NCBI GenBank assembly: GCA_003971905.1
Contig: RSEE01000117.1
Location: 62,001-126,000 of the forward strand
DNA from: Moniliella sp. 'wahieum'
Lineage: Eukaryota
DNA length: 64,000 nt
Direction: 5' to 3'
Below the pieces are notes generated by a model. The model was given only the letters and a program-made list of their open reading frames with translations. It had not been told where the DNA came from and did not search any database. Of this stretch, positions 26,710 to 40,200 are shown in pieces; position 1 is the stretch's first letter; each line of letters opens with the position of its first letter. Position numbers and translations under genes: made by a program.

Positions 26710-28262
26710 ATGAGCGTCATACCTCATCATCCCATCGCCGTTGCTGGCCCCAGCGCCAGCTTTGTACGGCATGATGTCTTTCTGCTCATGCTGGACTACA
26801 ACATATACGCCTCTGCCTTGCTGGGCATTGTCGCCTGGGATTATCTTGTGACCCTCAAGGATGAGATCAACATGTACCGCCATCGCGGTCCCAAACTCAT
26901 CTTGATCCCCTTCTTGACCGCTCGCTACGGCACCCTCGCCGCCGTAGTGACCAACCTAGTTCAGCTTCGCAATGGCCTGTGGCTCTCTCCCCGCGAATGC
27001 TACAACACCGCAGCATTGTCTTCCTCGGCATCATTATTACTGCAGCCACAAGCGCCATCTTTGTCCTGCGCACCTACGTCATCTGGCATCGGTCCAACTG
27101 GGTCCTGGGCGTGCTTTCCTTGTTGTGGGCGGCTCAGTTGGCTGGTACGCTAGCTGTCGGCAACGGGATCCGGCCTGCGGTGGTACCAGAGGAAGACAAT
27201 ATGTGCATGATGCTGATGCCACACCGCCACATCTCATGGGTCATTTATGCAGTGAACATGATCTTCGACGCGCTCATTCTTATCTTGGCCCTCGCCGCGT
27301 TGTTGAACCCGTTCAACCCCATGATGAACAGCCACGCCGGCAGTTCCGACAATGGTGCCTTGCCTAGTCCTCAGCCTCATCGCAAACGATCCTCAACCAT
27401 TCTGGTTCGGTGGATGGGTGCGTTCCGACCGTCGCTCCAGATGCATCGAATCCAAGCTAGGTTTTTATCGGAAGGGTTTGTCTTCTTTTTTTGCGCCCTG
27501 CTGGTCAACTTGATCAACACATTATTCCTCACCGTCGGCGGTTCTTGGGCTTACGCCAATATCAACACTACCGCTGCCATCGCAGTCACTGGCATCTGTG
27601 CTGGCCGAACTGTTCTGATCAAGCTCGCCGTTGATATTCCCACGCGAAAGTCGTCTATCACCCCACCCTGGCCTTCGTCCCAAGCCACTGGTGTCTCCAA
27701 CCCCGATGCCGACATGCCACACTCCCACCACTTCCCCCCAGTCCAAATTGAAACCGTCACGACGCAGACGGCCGACCAGCTCGATGGATATGAAGCCAAG
27801 CTTGGCTCCCCCCTGCCTTCAAGTGGATTGAATTCGAAACTCACACCCCTCTCGGTTGTTGATGCTTCCGATTGGGCTGTGGAGGACACTGGCAGCATCC
27901 ACTCCACTGGCGAAGGAATCCCGAATTACCCCCGCTTGCGGGGCGGATACCGTGTCCCCTCTCTCAACTCAGTGCATGCTGCAATGGCGAATGGAACGTT
28001 GGGCTTTTCGCATTCGCGAGAGGATCTGGGATCACCCCCTGCGGGCGGAGAACAGGACCATCCTCTCTCTTCCCCTTCCCAACCCAATACGCATACCCCC
28101 ACTCCGCCCTCCAGCAGTCCCACCCACGATGTCCATCCCCCCGAGCGTCCGACAGGAGCGGCTGCTCTCACCACGCAGCTTTTCTCTCCGCTTGACTTTA
28201 CCCCATCAAAACCGAGCGAAGATGTAGAAGTGCTACGCGACCCTTTACGCCAAAGCAGTTGA
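26710..28262 (+). CDS. DUF6533-type fungal multi-pass membrane protein with disordered C-terminal tail
   Basis: ASALLGIVAWDYLVTLKDEINMYR N-terminal signature, RYG, LRTYVIW, several TM-length hydrophobic segments; one frameshift near 27010. Confidence 0.75.
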
Positions 28263-29279
28263 TCTGTTCATTACCGAGACCCTATTGTTTTCTGTCCTTA
28301 CTTCAACCCTCTCATGTCACTGTGCACTGCACTTCCTTGTCACATGGTGTTTTACTTTATTCATGTACCGAGTTGCCATTTGTTCTCTGTGCTGTATACA
28401 AACCCTTCGTCCACTTATAGTAGGAGATAACCTCGGTTCAGCCTCCAAACGTGTACCAACGCCGCATTAACCAGCTGTCAATTTTTCAAGGTCGAATGAT
28501 ATGGGTGTGAGATCATACAGAAATAGGGGATTGATACGATAGCGGATTCAATCCAGGTCGAGGCATGGCCTGGTTTCCAGGACTGAGCCTACAGGTATAC
28601 AACAGGCTCAGCGGCCAATGTGGTCTGGCGTTCATCTCATTCGAGCTGTTAAACTTAAGAGATCGGCTTTGGTTCTGGGGATTGACAAAAGGCGAGACAA
28701 CAGGCTGCTCCATCGACATGGAATCAACGACATCAGCAACGCTGTCGCTGGTGACCACAACCTGTGTGAAATGATGGAAAGGGTATCTACCTGCTGCCAC
28801 ACTTTGTTGGGCGACTGGACTCAGACCAGTGACTAGTGACCGCAGAACTGACGATTAATTGCGAGTGCCAGTGTTGCGCACTATGGATGCTTGGGTTCAA
28901 TGTATCACCCCTCGTACACCGGCTCCATTTCTGTCCTGATCGCCTTGTAGTATCCGTGACAGAACTTGATTGTTACCCATTCCCCCCGCCTATTTCCATC
29001 AACTAGCCAAGTTCTTGCACACAGTTTGTGCACTATCATAGCGTCCCACACAGACTGCTGTTCAACGTTCAGTGTTGACACTATAGATGCGGGACTGAGA
29101 TTCCTACTATGAAAACAGAGTAGTAGCAGTAGAACAATCGCGAGGCGTGTTGCGGAAAAGAGACTCGAAGAAAGAAGCAAAAGGGTATAAAAGCGAAAGC
29201 ATTAGTGCGAGGCCTGGGGATCGTTTGGAGAGGACCCAACCAAGATCTGCGTAAGTAGGGACAAAACAATGCGGGCCGA

Positions 29280-30905
29280 TCAGGCTTGTTCGACCTCGGA
29301 GGCAATGGACTTGCGCTCCTCCAGGTCCGACACCATTTCGTTGTCGATGTGGGTGGCGATTTTGGAGCGTGCCCTGAGGCGAGGCCCCCAAGCAAGAAGG
29401 ATAAAGGGAATCGCGCCCAAGATAGTTGCAATGGCCGCCAAGATGGAAGAAGAATATTGTGGCTCCCAGCCGCCGTTGTGGGTGTGATACATCACCCACC
29501 CAAACAGCGGGAACGAACCAGCAGCCAAGTTGCGCAAAAGGGAGACAGCGGCAATCGCACTACTGCTACTGGCCTCGTAGGCGTCGCTAAGATACTCAAA
29601 CGACGCAATGTAGATCAAGGCGGCGCCAAATTGGCAGAAGCCGAATCCAGCGATCGCAGCTGCTGGATGCGCTTCTGGAATGCCAGTCCAAGCGAACCAC
29701 CAGAGTCCAACAGGCAGGGCAACACCACCCACAGCGGCGTAGTAGTATAGTCGACTCTCTGGGTTCGGGCGTCGATTTGGCCCATTCTTAGCGTCCCGGC
29801 GGTAGAGGTAGTCCTGATGGAAGTGGAATACCCAAGCGACCAGGGCAGCGACCGTGGTGATCCCAAGTGCCAGACTGCAGTAGATTGGTTTCCAATGGAA
29901 GGCGCGTTGGAAGGTAATCGGAAGACCGACCATGGCGAGGAAAAGCACGCCCCTAATAGGTAGCATATAGGTCAGTATCCTCAGCCCGAATAATGGATTT
30001 TTGTGATAACATGTAGACGTACCAGGCAAACCCGACCCAGATAGAAAAAGCGGTACAGATGGGTTCAAGGAGTAAGAGACGGAAAGGGAGAACAAGAGAG
30101 CGCAAATTACGTTGAAGAAGCGAGATGCGATTTTGATCCATGCGGGAGATGTAGATAGTATGCAGACCTTTGGCCTTGGCTTCCGCAGTCATCCGGCGGG
30201 CCCTCCGACGCAGGAGCACGTTGGCCCGCGTCTCCGAGAAGGTGAAAAGCATGAGGAAGAAGGTGAGGAAAGCAAAAATGCACTGGTACCAGAAAGCCCA
30301 GTGCCACTCATGCGGTCCGGCACCAGCCAAGACAGCAGAAGTAAGGAACGGGCCGAGACCTTGGCCCGCATAATTGCCCACAATGAACCCGGCAATCCAG
30401 ACCCCGCGACTTTGGGCAGGGAAGATATCGGCCAAGGTACCGGCAACCATGGAGTTACCAGCACTGTTGGCGATGCCATGGAAGAAGCGTGTGATGACAA
30501 AAGCCTCAATATCTTGCCCAGCGCTTGAGGGATCATAAGCACAGCAAATAGAAACGAAGAGATCCAGTAGATGGGTGCACGTCCCGTCGTCTCGGACAGA
30601 GGGGCGGTTAAAAGGGCACCAAGCGCAATGCCCGTCATTAGTGTTGTGGTTCCCAAAAGAAACACGACGTTCCCGACGTGCATTTTGGGTCCGAGCACGG
30701 GGAAGAGGGGTGCATACGTGCTGGCCAGCAAGGCAAAGTCGAATGCAATCCAGATCATCAGACAGCCCGTGTAAATCCGCTTGGGCAATGGCCACTGTTG
30801 CGGGTTTTCCGCATCATAGGGTTTGTCAAAGTCAATGAAGATCACGTCTTCTCCCGTCTCTTCAGTCTGCTGCGCCGGGGTCCCGACAGATTCGGTTAGA
30901 GCCAT
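29280..30905 (-). CDS. MFS transporter, DHA1 (drug:H+ antiporter / polyamine transporter) family
   Basis: DAENPQQWPLPKR, APLSETTGRAPIY, ITRFFHG, GTLADIF, ETRANVLLRRRARR, PESRL, YLSDAY...SSAIAA...RNLAAGSFPLF; intron ~29965-30020. Confidence 0.92.
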
Positions 30906-32820
30906 GCTCGGCGCGGCAGAGATTTCCCTTTGCTCTTACTCTCCCTATCCTTTTCCGTGGACGCACCCCATACCAAAGAGGAATGTGAACCAGAGGAAGA
31001 CGCGGGAGATAAATGAGGGCGTTGAGGGTCTTGCATATGCCGTAGCAAAATAAAGATGTTACTCGGGTGTGTTGATGTGGTGAGAGGGTTGGTGGTAGGT
31101 TTTACTGTAGAAGCGAAGTGGTAATGCTGTGGGATGGCCAAGCCAGTTCGAAGCGTTTTATACCAAAGCACCACCTCTCTTCGCATCATGCATCCTCTTT
31201 CCCGGCCTTCTCCCCCCTTCTCATCCAGCTGGTGTGCCGAATTTTGCCGTATTGTGAGACTTGGACGTGCGCGGCAAGCACCATGTTGCCACCCCCCCCC
31301 CCGCACGTTCTCCCGGTACTTTGCGGGGAGAGTGTGGGAAGGACCGGGACGGGGGAACGTGGTAACGCGTTAGCGTTAATAGCGTAATGCAGAACGGCTA
31401 ATCCATCAAGTGGAACGTTAAATGATTAGCGAAATACGGCACAAAAGGTTATTGCGGCTCTGATGCAACGCATACGCTGTAACGCGGTAACGAAGTTCGA
31501 AGGGCTGGGTGCAGTGTGGGTGCATTTGTGATCGATGATCGATTCGATCAGGCATGGGGCCTGGGGCCTGGGCAGGCCTGGGGACCGGGGATCGGTGACG
31601 CCCCCCCCCCCGCCGGCCTGAGGTTCAGGCCGGCGCCTCCCATACGTATATGAGTGGCGTGGGCGGACACGCGATGGGGAGCCAGCCACCCGTCGAACTT
31701 GCCACACTTCCGATGATCGATGAGATCGAGATTCGATGAAATCGATTGAGCTGAGAGCTGCTGGCGGGTTGGAGTCTGAATCTGACATGTGAGCTCACTT
31801 GTAATATACGGTGTGGGGATCGTCTGACACGGACTGTGGCCGCACACCCCCCGGCGGGGCGACTCATCCGCCGTCGGTTATTTCGGCGATCCATTCGACC
31901 AAAAAAATACTTCTCTCCACCGTGGAAGAGGAGGCAGGCCATGGGCAGGCCTGGGCGAGTGCTGTGGATGAGCCTACTTACATGTTGTACAGTGTCGCAT
32001 GCACATCATGTCACCACCATTGAATCCATGTCATGCATGCATCATGCCTTTGGTATACGAGTACATGCAGGTCCCTCTCTTACGGATGTATTACTGAGTA
32101 CTAATGCATTGATGGAGCGAGAGGTCCTGGCAGGTCCTGGCCCTACCAGACCCTACCTCTCCGGGGAAGTCGCTCGAACATGGGCCCGGCCAGTGTTGCG
32201 GAGAAGTGTGGGGAACAGGTGATATGCATTTCGGGGTATGGCCTGGTACAGTGGTCTGCCCACAGACGCCTCTCTCATTCAACACGCGCTCTAATTCAGA
32301 TCTCACGACACCAGATGGCAGAGACCGCCCATATATGAATAAGGTCTTTTAGACCTTGAATTGGTATACTTGGGCGCATGTGAAGTAAATGGATCTAGTC
32401 GAAGTAGCTCGAAGCTTGAAGCTTGAAAAGAGGGCGGAGTTATAGGGGAAAGCGCGAGTGAAACGCCGCCGGCCTATGAGATTTGAGATCTGAGACCTCT
32501 GTGGCATCAAACGCCGCACAACGGTCCAGGCTTGATAGAGTAAACACATCCGACTCGCATTGTTACTTTTGCGTGTGTCCCTGTTGAGATGTATTATAGT
32601 TGGTGCATGATATAGTAACGCTTGGAGGGAAGTGAGCCCATATCCGTCTTTGATGGGAAGTAATCAAGTCGGCGATCTTCCTCGGAAGGGGTCCGCCACA
32701 GTTAGTGTGGCCTCTCCCATTTGTGAAACAGTGGTAAGGGATAGTCGGCTGTGCGGATGGAAAGTGCAGAATCGGATATTTGAGAACAAAAACATGACAA
32801 GTGCATCCTGTTTTGTGTGC

Positions 32821-33830
32821 ATTCCATTGACAGAGCTTAAGGCTGGGACAGGGGAACGCTACGTCTAAACCGAACCGTTCATCTTGCGGGGGTTACTTGG
32901 AAGCGCCACCAAGATTAAGGGACCAGGGGGATCGCCAGGATATCAGGACCCTCCGGCTCACGCCATCCGGTCCCGTACCCTAGGAAGCGCGTGTGGACAC
33001 GGAGGAACGTGGTTGACATACGAGCGAGGAACCATTTCCACTGAGACTTAGTAGCCAACTCCTTCCAATGCGCAAACAACTTGCCCGCCGTCTTGGTGCC
33101 GTAGTATCCTCGCGTCGTCAAAACCAGGGGGAAAAACGGTTCTTGAGTGCGTCCCTGGTACTTGGCGTTCTTGTCGCATTCTGCTTGTTCAAGCAGCCGA
33201 AGCAGTTCCTTCTCCCGGCGTTCCAAAGGCGACGCAGTGCTCTCATGCACCACCCGCCGGTACGCGCTCTGCGCCTCCTGCGATCCCGTGTCGCGCAGCG
33301 TGTGGTCTACCTCCATTCCGGTTCCTCCCAGTGCTCCGGGCCCCATCACGCGGTAATCGGTGCGCTGTGCCTTCCGTCCGCGCCTCGTCCCATCCTCTTC
33401 CTCCACCATAGGTTCGTTGTGGACGTGGGTGTCGGGGATGGAGCGGAGGAGCTGGAGAATGGGCTCCCGCACTGCCTCATGCAACGCACCAAACTTGGCC
33501 TGGGTGCGGGTGCAGGACATGATATGTTCCAGCGAGGACATGATGCCGCACTTGCACATGCTGCGCGTGGTGCGGCACAGCGTGCGGAGCTGGAGACCAA
33601 CCTGGACCTGCTGGTCAGAGAGCTTGAGGTACGGGACGGATGGAATGGCGGAGAGCCAGTTGTGGCTCAGCGGGTTGCTGTGCTCAACCACATGGCGACC
33701 ATCGGCAGCGTCCAGCTTCTGGAGCAGCTCCTGTCGACTTTGCTCCCACATCTCGCGGCAGCGCTGGCGTTGCTTCGTAAATGCGTTGGCCCTTGCCGTT
33801 TGCGGTCCCGAACGGCCTGTTTTCATATGT
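32821..33830 (-). mobile_element. 5'-truncated RLE-type non-LTR retrotransposon (CRE/Cnl1/MoTeR-like), C-terminal zinc knuckle + endonuclease + 3' UTR
   Basis: ORF 32915-33826: WLSAIPS...LSD...GLQLRTL, CKCG-x6-H-x3-C knuckle, HEAVR, EP, RTD...VD...KNAKY, FFPLVLTTRG; no RT domain present. Confidence 0.85.
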
Positions 33831-33867
33831 TTTCATAGGGAAGGGCCAAAATCAGTTTTCGCATTGA

Positions 33868-34422
33868 GCTCAACGCACTGACTACCGCATGATGGGACCT
33901 GGAGCAATCGGAGGATTAGGAATGGAGGTGAACCACACTCTGCGCAACTCGGGAACGCAGGAGGCGCAGACCGCGTACCGGAAGGTGGTACATGAGAGCA
34001 CCGAGCCGCCTTTGGAACGCCGGGAGAAGGAGCTGCTCTGGCTGCTGGTACAAGCAGAATGCGACAAGAACGCCAAGTACCAGGGACGCACCCAAGAACC
34101 ATTTTCCCCCTTGGTTTTGACGACGCGAGGATACTATGCCACCAAGACAACGGGAAAGATGTTTGGGAACTGGAAGGATTCGACTACTGACTCTCAATGG
34201 AGATGGTTCACCGCTTGGATGTCTATACCACGTTCATCTGTATCCACAAGTGCTTCCTCGGGTATGGGAACGGATGGCGGGCACGAGAGGGTTTTGATCT
34301 CCTGGCGATTCTCTTGGTTCCTTAAGCGGAGTTGGCGCTCACAAGCAGCACACGCCGGATGAACAGGTCAGTTTAGGCGCAGCGTTTCTTTCTCCCACAG
34401 CCTTAAGCTCTGTCAATGGTAT
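33868..34422 (+). mobile_element. Second, shorter and degenerate copy of the same RLE retrotransposon family, opposite orientation
   Basis: AQRTDYRMMGPGAIGGLGMEVNHT...AECDKNAKYQGRTQEPFSPLVLTTRGYY; shares the 3' end CAGCCTTAAGCTCTGTCAATGG (34398-34419) with the left copy (32824-32845, reverse strand). Confidence 0.85.
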
Positions 34423-35275
34423 GGTTGCAGAATAGAGATCTGTGTGGACCACATCTTTCGTTCACCGTAGTATCGTGGTATATACATTTTCTGGTACGAC
34501 GCTTGATCTTGTTCCCTGCTCTTCTGGTTCCATCTCTTGTGGCTCCGCCATGATCCGTCTCCCCCTCTACTTCCTCTCTCTTGGACCGTTCGCGGGTGCG
34601 ATGAGGCCTGAGGTCGATAAGGCCTGAAGGAGAAAAAAAACATGTGATAAGATGGACCGAGAGGCGGTTATATCCTTGGTTGTTGTTTCTCTCTCTCTTC
34701 TGGAACGATGCCAAACTAGGCGTCCTACCACGCAGCGCATTGGCGGCTGTTCGTATCTACCTACTAAATTTTCGTCACAACAACCATGTGGCCAATATCT
34801 GCGCTTGCCATGTCTCCGCGATGCGCCCGATGGCCGTCGGCAGCCTACTCGGTGGCATCGAGTATACCGCGAGTACTAACGACGCACGACGGGCGCAGTG
34901 CCGGAGCGGCGAAGCGGACCGTGCGCGACACCTGGCTAATTACCGGGGATAGGGTCCGCACGGGAGCAGTGTTGCCACCCGTTCCGGTCCCGTCCCGAGG
35001 GTCCAGACGAAAGCGCCGGCACATCAGGAGGCGCAGCGCCAGCCCAGTGTAGGCGAGGCTGAGCGTTGATCGATCGCTGATCCACTCCTCTCGTTAATTT
35101 CATTCCTTTTGTCGCCATTACGCCCGAATTCAGCCGGCCTCAATTAATGAGTGTCCGTGCATAAAAACAAAAACACGGGCCTGTCTGGGAGGTTCCCGAG
35201 GCCCCACAGCCGGCGAATTCTCCCGTGTGCTCCCTGTGCTCCCGTGTGCTCCCTCTTGCCCCCACCCTTCGACGC

Positions 35276-35282
35276 TATATAA
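35276..35282 (+). promoter_or_regulatory. Candidate TATA box upstream of the pirin-like gene
   Basis: TATATAA in a GC-rich context upstream of ATGs at ~35312 and 35517. Confidence 0.35.
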
Positions 35283-35516
35283 CCCGCGACGGTCCAGCCC
35301 CCATCCCACCCATGTTCAGCACCTCCCCACGCACATTCGCCTCGGCCTTGGCCCTCGCTGCTTCAGTATATGTCGCTGACCTCGGCCTCAATTCGGGACG
35401 CATCTCCTCCTCCCTTGCATCGCACATTGGTCTTTCTTCGACCCCCGCGCTCCTCCAAAGCTCCAGTTCTCCCCCCCACCTCCTCTCCCCGCCTCTCCAG
35501 CTCACCCCCCCACACC

Positions 35517-36532
35517 ATGTCCGACTCTCTGCCCCTCTCCTCCACCGCCACCGTCGTGCCGCGCCGCTGGAACCAGCGTGGCCATGCGGACCACGATTGG
35601 CTGAAGACCTTCCACACCTTCAGCTTTGCCGACTACTTTGACCCGCGTTTCATGGGCTTCAGCAACTTGCGCGTTATCAACGAGGACCGTATTGCTCCGG
35701 GAACGGGCTTCCCTAACCACCCCATGCTGGCGCTGAGATCGTAAGTACCCTGCTCTGCCTGCTGACCCGCCCTCCCCCCCCTCTTTGTTGTAACTAACAT
35801 TCTCCTCAGTTCTCTATTGTCCTGGGCGGCGAGTTGACCCACAAGGACTCGATGGGCAACGTTGAGGTCCTCAAGCAAGGGGACCTGCAGTTCACTCACG
35901 CTGGTACCCGGCCTGGCATCCGTCACTCTGAGTACAATGCCAACAAGACAGAGGAGTGCCATTTCCTCCAGATCTGGTACATGCCCGACCAAACCGTTAG
36001 CCCGCAGTACTACACTGCGCCCAAGTCGGACTGGACCAACCGGTTGGTCACGCTGATCAAGCCCTATTCCACTCTCACCAAAGAAGAGCAGGCTCGTACC
36101 GGCCTTCTTCCTTCTGGTGAGGCGATCCCTGCGCGCTCCTCTTTGGTCACCCGCACTAGCACTCTCCACCCGGGTAAGACGGTGGAGCACGCGATTGGGG
36201 TGGATACGGATGTGGCGTCGCAGACGGGCACCGAACGGTGGCTCTACGCTCATGTGGCCTCCATGTCGGGTTACAAGGACCCTGACCTGGCTGCGTACCA
36301 ATACAAGAACGAGGCCAAGTTGACCGTCAAGACGGCCAACGGCCCTGTCACCTGTCAGAGGGGGATGGCGCGTTCATCAAGAAAGCCCATGTGGGGGAGA
36401 AGATTGAATTTGAGTCGACTGGCCAATCGCCGGCAGTGTTTGTGCTGTTTGATTTGGCGGCAAAGGAGTAAGTCCTACCTTTTCCTCTTTTCCTTACACA
36501 TCCCGCTTACACGATTCAAAAGCCTGATGTGA
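35517..36532 (+). CDS. Pirin-family cupin (YhhW / quercetin 2,3-dioxygenase-like)
   Basis: [48 protein letters not shown] (restored by one missing C), [22 protein letters not shown]; intron 35741-~35808; 3' end uncertain. Confidence 0.9.
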
Positions 36533-37218
36533 GCTGTGCTTGATAGGTCTTTCTTTGCTTCTGTGGCTCCCTTTCTGGTGCCTCTCGTTCGGCTGGGCTT
36601 GCTTTTCATCCTATTTTATCTGGCTTGGCACTGGCTTGTTCGCCGTCGCTGAGCTCAATCTCTCATGTACCACAACTCCTATTATGACTTTCATCCACCT
36701 TGGTCCTTTGCTGTAGCACTACTATAACTTTGGAATGATGTATAGCGCCATATTGTGCATCATGTTCGCAAAGGTACTGAGGGTCTGTGAATCGTCAACA
36801 CGCTGTGGGTGTTGGCTGATGCCCTGATATCCTTAAACCCATAAATACACGTCGCTACAATATCTTCTGGGGTGCCCCCCACCCCCACCTCCCGCGCTCT
36901 CCCAATCCCTCCCTGCCCTCTCGTACAGTTTGCTATGATTATCATATAGGCAAATTGGACTTGTGCGCACTGCCACCAACAACCAACTTCTACTCTGCAG
37001 GCTGATGTGCAGGCACCGTAGTGTCTTTTCGCCGATGCCCACTGACTTTCAGTCCGATGCCCACACCCATCTCACCCCAACAACAGTTACCCAAACGGAA
37101 TGGTTGAATGCAAATCTGGAAACTAGGTTGGAGACAGAAAATATGTGAAGGGAGGGATGGGAAGAGGAGCAGATTAAGATAAGTACCGCGCTTGAGAAGA
37201 TAAACCCAGCATCATGAA

Positions 37219-40200
37219 TCACCAGATCCACGACGAGCGGGGAGCCGGACGACTACTCTCCTTGGGAGGAATGATCAACTCTCGTACCGGACGGGGGGCA
37301 TACAAATCTTCCTCCCACCCAGTCTGGTCCTGCTGCAACGGCGGGGTCTGCAATTGAATCGTCTTGCCCGGTCCGGCAAACGCAACGAGCGGGAGTTGGG
37401 GGTGAAATGTGACACACCCCGGTGGCGGCGCATATTTGATGCTCGTGCTCGCCGCCAACGGGTCCGTCTTGCGCAGCGACTCTACCGCCCGACGCAACTC
37501 TTGGGGCGACCGGGCGACCTGGGGTACAGCGGGGGTGAAGTGCTGTAGAGGCGTACCGAGGGGCTGGAAGGGGTCCAACGTGGCAGCGAAAGGCGCGACA
37601 GGTTGCCCTGCCTTCCTACGGGGTTGGTTCGTGGCTTGCTCATCGCAGCCAAAAGGGGGATGCGGTCGTGCACGGCAAACCCAGCCACGGCGGCCCGGAG
37701 AGCCGGCTGCACAGTATACTGCCCTACCGACGCCGTGGCACGCAAATCCCATAGCCGCACGGACCCATCCACCGCACAACTGACCAATTCACGGCCTCCA
37801 AAGGATTGAATGTGCACTCCACGAATGTAGCTCCGGTGCTCCTCCCACACTCGGACCATCGCGCTGTGGGGCGGATTGCGTCGGTCGAAGGCCCGTACCG
37901 ACCCGTCGTGCCCACCAACAAAGAAGAGGTCCCCTGCGTCCTTCTCGCTCGCCAGCGCCATTACGGAGGAATCCATCGACGTGGGCACATCCTAGCCCAC
38001 ATAATGGTTAGGGTCTAAGACCAAACACGGATGGGGGGGAGAGGAGACGTACCGAAACACAAGTTTCGCGATGTGCGTCCCAGACGCGTACCACGGGCGA
38101 GTCCCCCGCAGCAAGTAGGTGACCCGTAGCTTGGACCCAATCGAGGTGAAGCCCAGCGGGGTGAACGTTCTCGAGCGCATCAGGCAGGGCACGGAACGCA
38201 GCTAACAGCTCGGTGGGGCCGGGGAGAGGTACGGAACTGTTCGTCGCTGTGGGAAGCAGACGGTCGTAGTGGCGGAAGATGCGACGTCTCCGTCTGATGA
38301 GCCCGTGACCAGCAGCGAGGCATCCGCCGCTTCGTTCAGGAAGGCCAGGGCAGTGACATGCGTCCGAGCGGATTCCCATTGGCAAACTCGTTCAGCACTT
38401 GCCGCGACGCCAGTCCCAAATGCTCACCACATCCTCCCCACTGGCCACGGCAAGGTGGTCTTCGAATTGGTGGAATGCAAGGTGGTGGGGCACCTCACTG
38501 TTTCGTAGACTCTTCAGTTGGCCCGTCCAGGGCGTGGTGGCTGTCCCAATGTCAGTTTGGCGGCTTTTTACAAAACAAGCAACGAAGACGACGTACCTGC
38601 CCCAGGGGCATCGGCTTTACTCTGCCGGACAATGCGGTCGTTGCGGTGTTGTTTGTAGGACTGGACGTTGGACGCTACCGATCCCGGTTCATTCGGTTCT
38701 GGGTCGCGCATCTGCGGCATGGTGTACATCTCTGCTGCCCAGCCATACAGTCGGCTCATAAGAGGAAGTGTATCCGCCGCAATTGCCTCGCCCGTCACGT
38801 TTTCTGGTGGAGTCGGCTGTCCACGGCCGCGGAAGCGCAGAAGGTCCCGAGCAAGCAGCTCAGCTAGCGCATCTACCACACCCCCTTCGGGAGGAGTGCG
38901 AGCTTCCCGTACAGGAAGGGGGGTAGCTGCGTACTCCACACCCCCACCGGGGGGCATGGGCTTACGCAACCGCATCGCCGGCTCAGACGGCTCTGCAGAG
39001 TCGAGGTTTAACGCTGCAAGACGGTCCTCTGTGCGGGGCATGTCGATGTCGGGAGTGGAAGGGCGGGAAAAGCCCAAACCCAACGCACGTGCCGCTTGGC
39101 CAAACCCACCCTTTGTCCAAGCGTCGGGGGTGGAGGGGACCGTTTGTGAGCCGTGGTGTGGCGCATGAGAGAAATAGTCCTGCGGTGGCGAGGGTTGGGG
39201 AAGAAGCGCGCCATCAGCGGAGGGGGACCAGGTTGATTAGCACGCTCCCTGAGGCGACAGCCGCGTCAGACGAAAGTAGATGGGCGGTGATGTAGTCCAC
39301 CTGGGTCGAGGCCAGTGCAGCCACGTCGGGGAAGGGATCGACGCTAAGGTCAAGGAGGGCATCCAAAATGCTTCTAAAGGCAGAAAGGTTGTCAATGTCC
39401 GTCTCCTCGAAAGGCGTGCGTTGGGCCAAGGCTCCCCACAAGCGATCCAAGAAGCGGTCCAGCTCGTCCGTCTCAGGATCGATCACTTTCTCCCCCATGT
39501 CTTCATCATTGCCCACACACCAAATGTAGAGGTACATGGCCAGTGCGAACCACCCCGCATACTCCCGTACCAAGGAGACATGGCGATGAGAAATTCTCTG
39601 CGCACCAGAGGCGAGGGATCCGAATGGCAAGACAGCATTGCGACTACCAGCCCAACCTCCACGTCGCGCTGAATGGCATCCGGCAGGCCTGTGGATGAGC
39701 CCGTCCCCAGAACAACAGGACGCGAGGTACCGCCAGGAGTATTAGGATCACTTGCTGCGGCGCGCGTGGCGAGCGAATGTGTGGTGGGAGTACTGGGAAT
39801 ATCATCGGTTGGAGTGCGAGCTCCTAGGAACGTGCCCAGAGCATAGAGCAGGGCGGAGCGCACCTCAGGTGCCGGGTCGGACAACATGGAGACCAACTTG
39901 CCATGCGCGTCCATATCCAGTGCCTTGGTCTTACCCACCTCAGACCCGTCCCAGAGACGGGCAAGACAGAGCGCCGACCACTGCCGGAGGAGGAAATCGT
40001 CGTCGTCCAAGTGCTCGATGCAAGAGTTCATCACGTCCGTTGCTTGCAAGCACATGAGCTGTCCGAGGGGATAATCGTAGGAAAAGACAGAGAGGATAAA
40101 GGCACACATTGCCCGGTGCTCGGAGACATGGGGAAAGTCGGGCGCGCCCCAAAAGCTCGGCGGCATGCTCATCGCAGGCTGGGCCTGATAGAAAGGGGAC

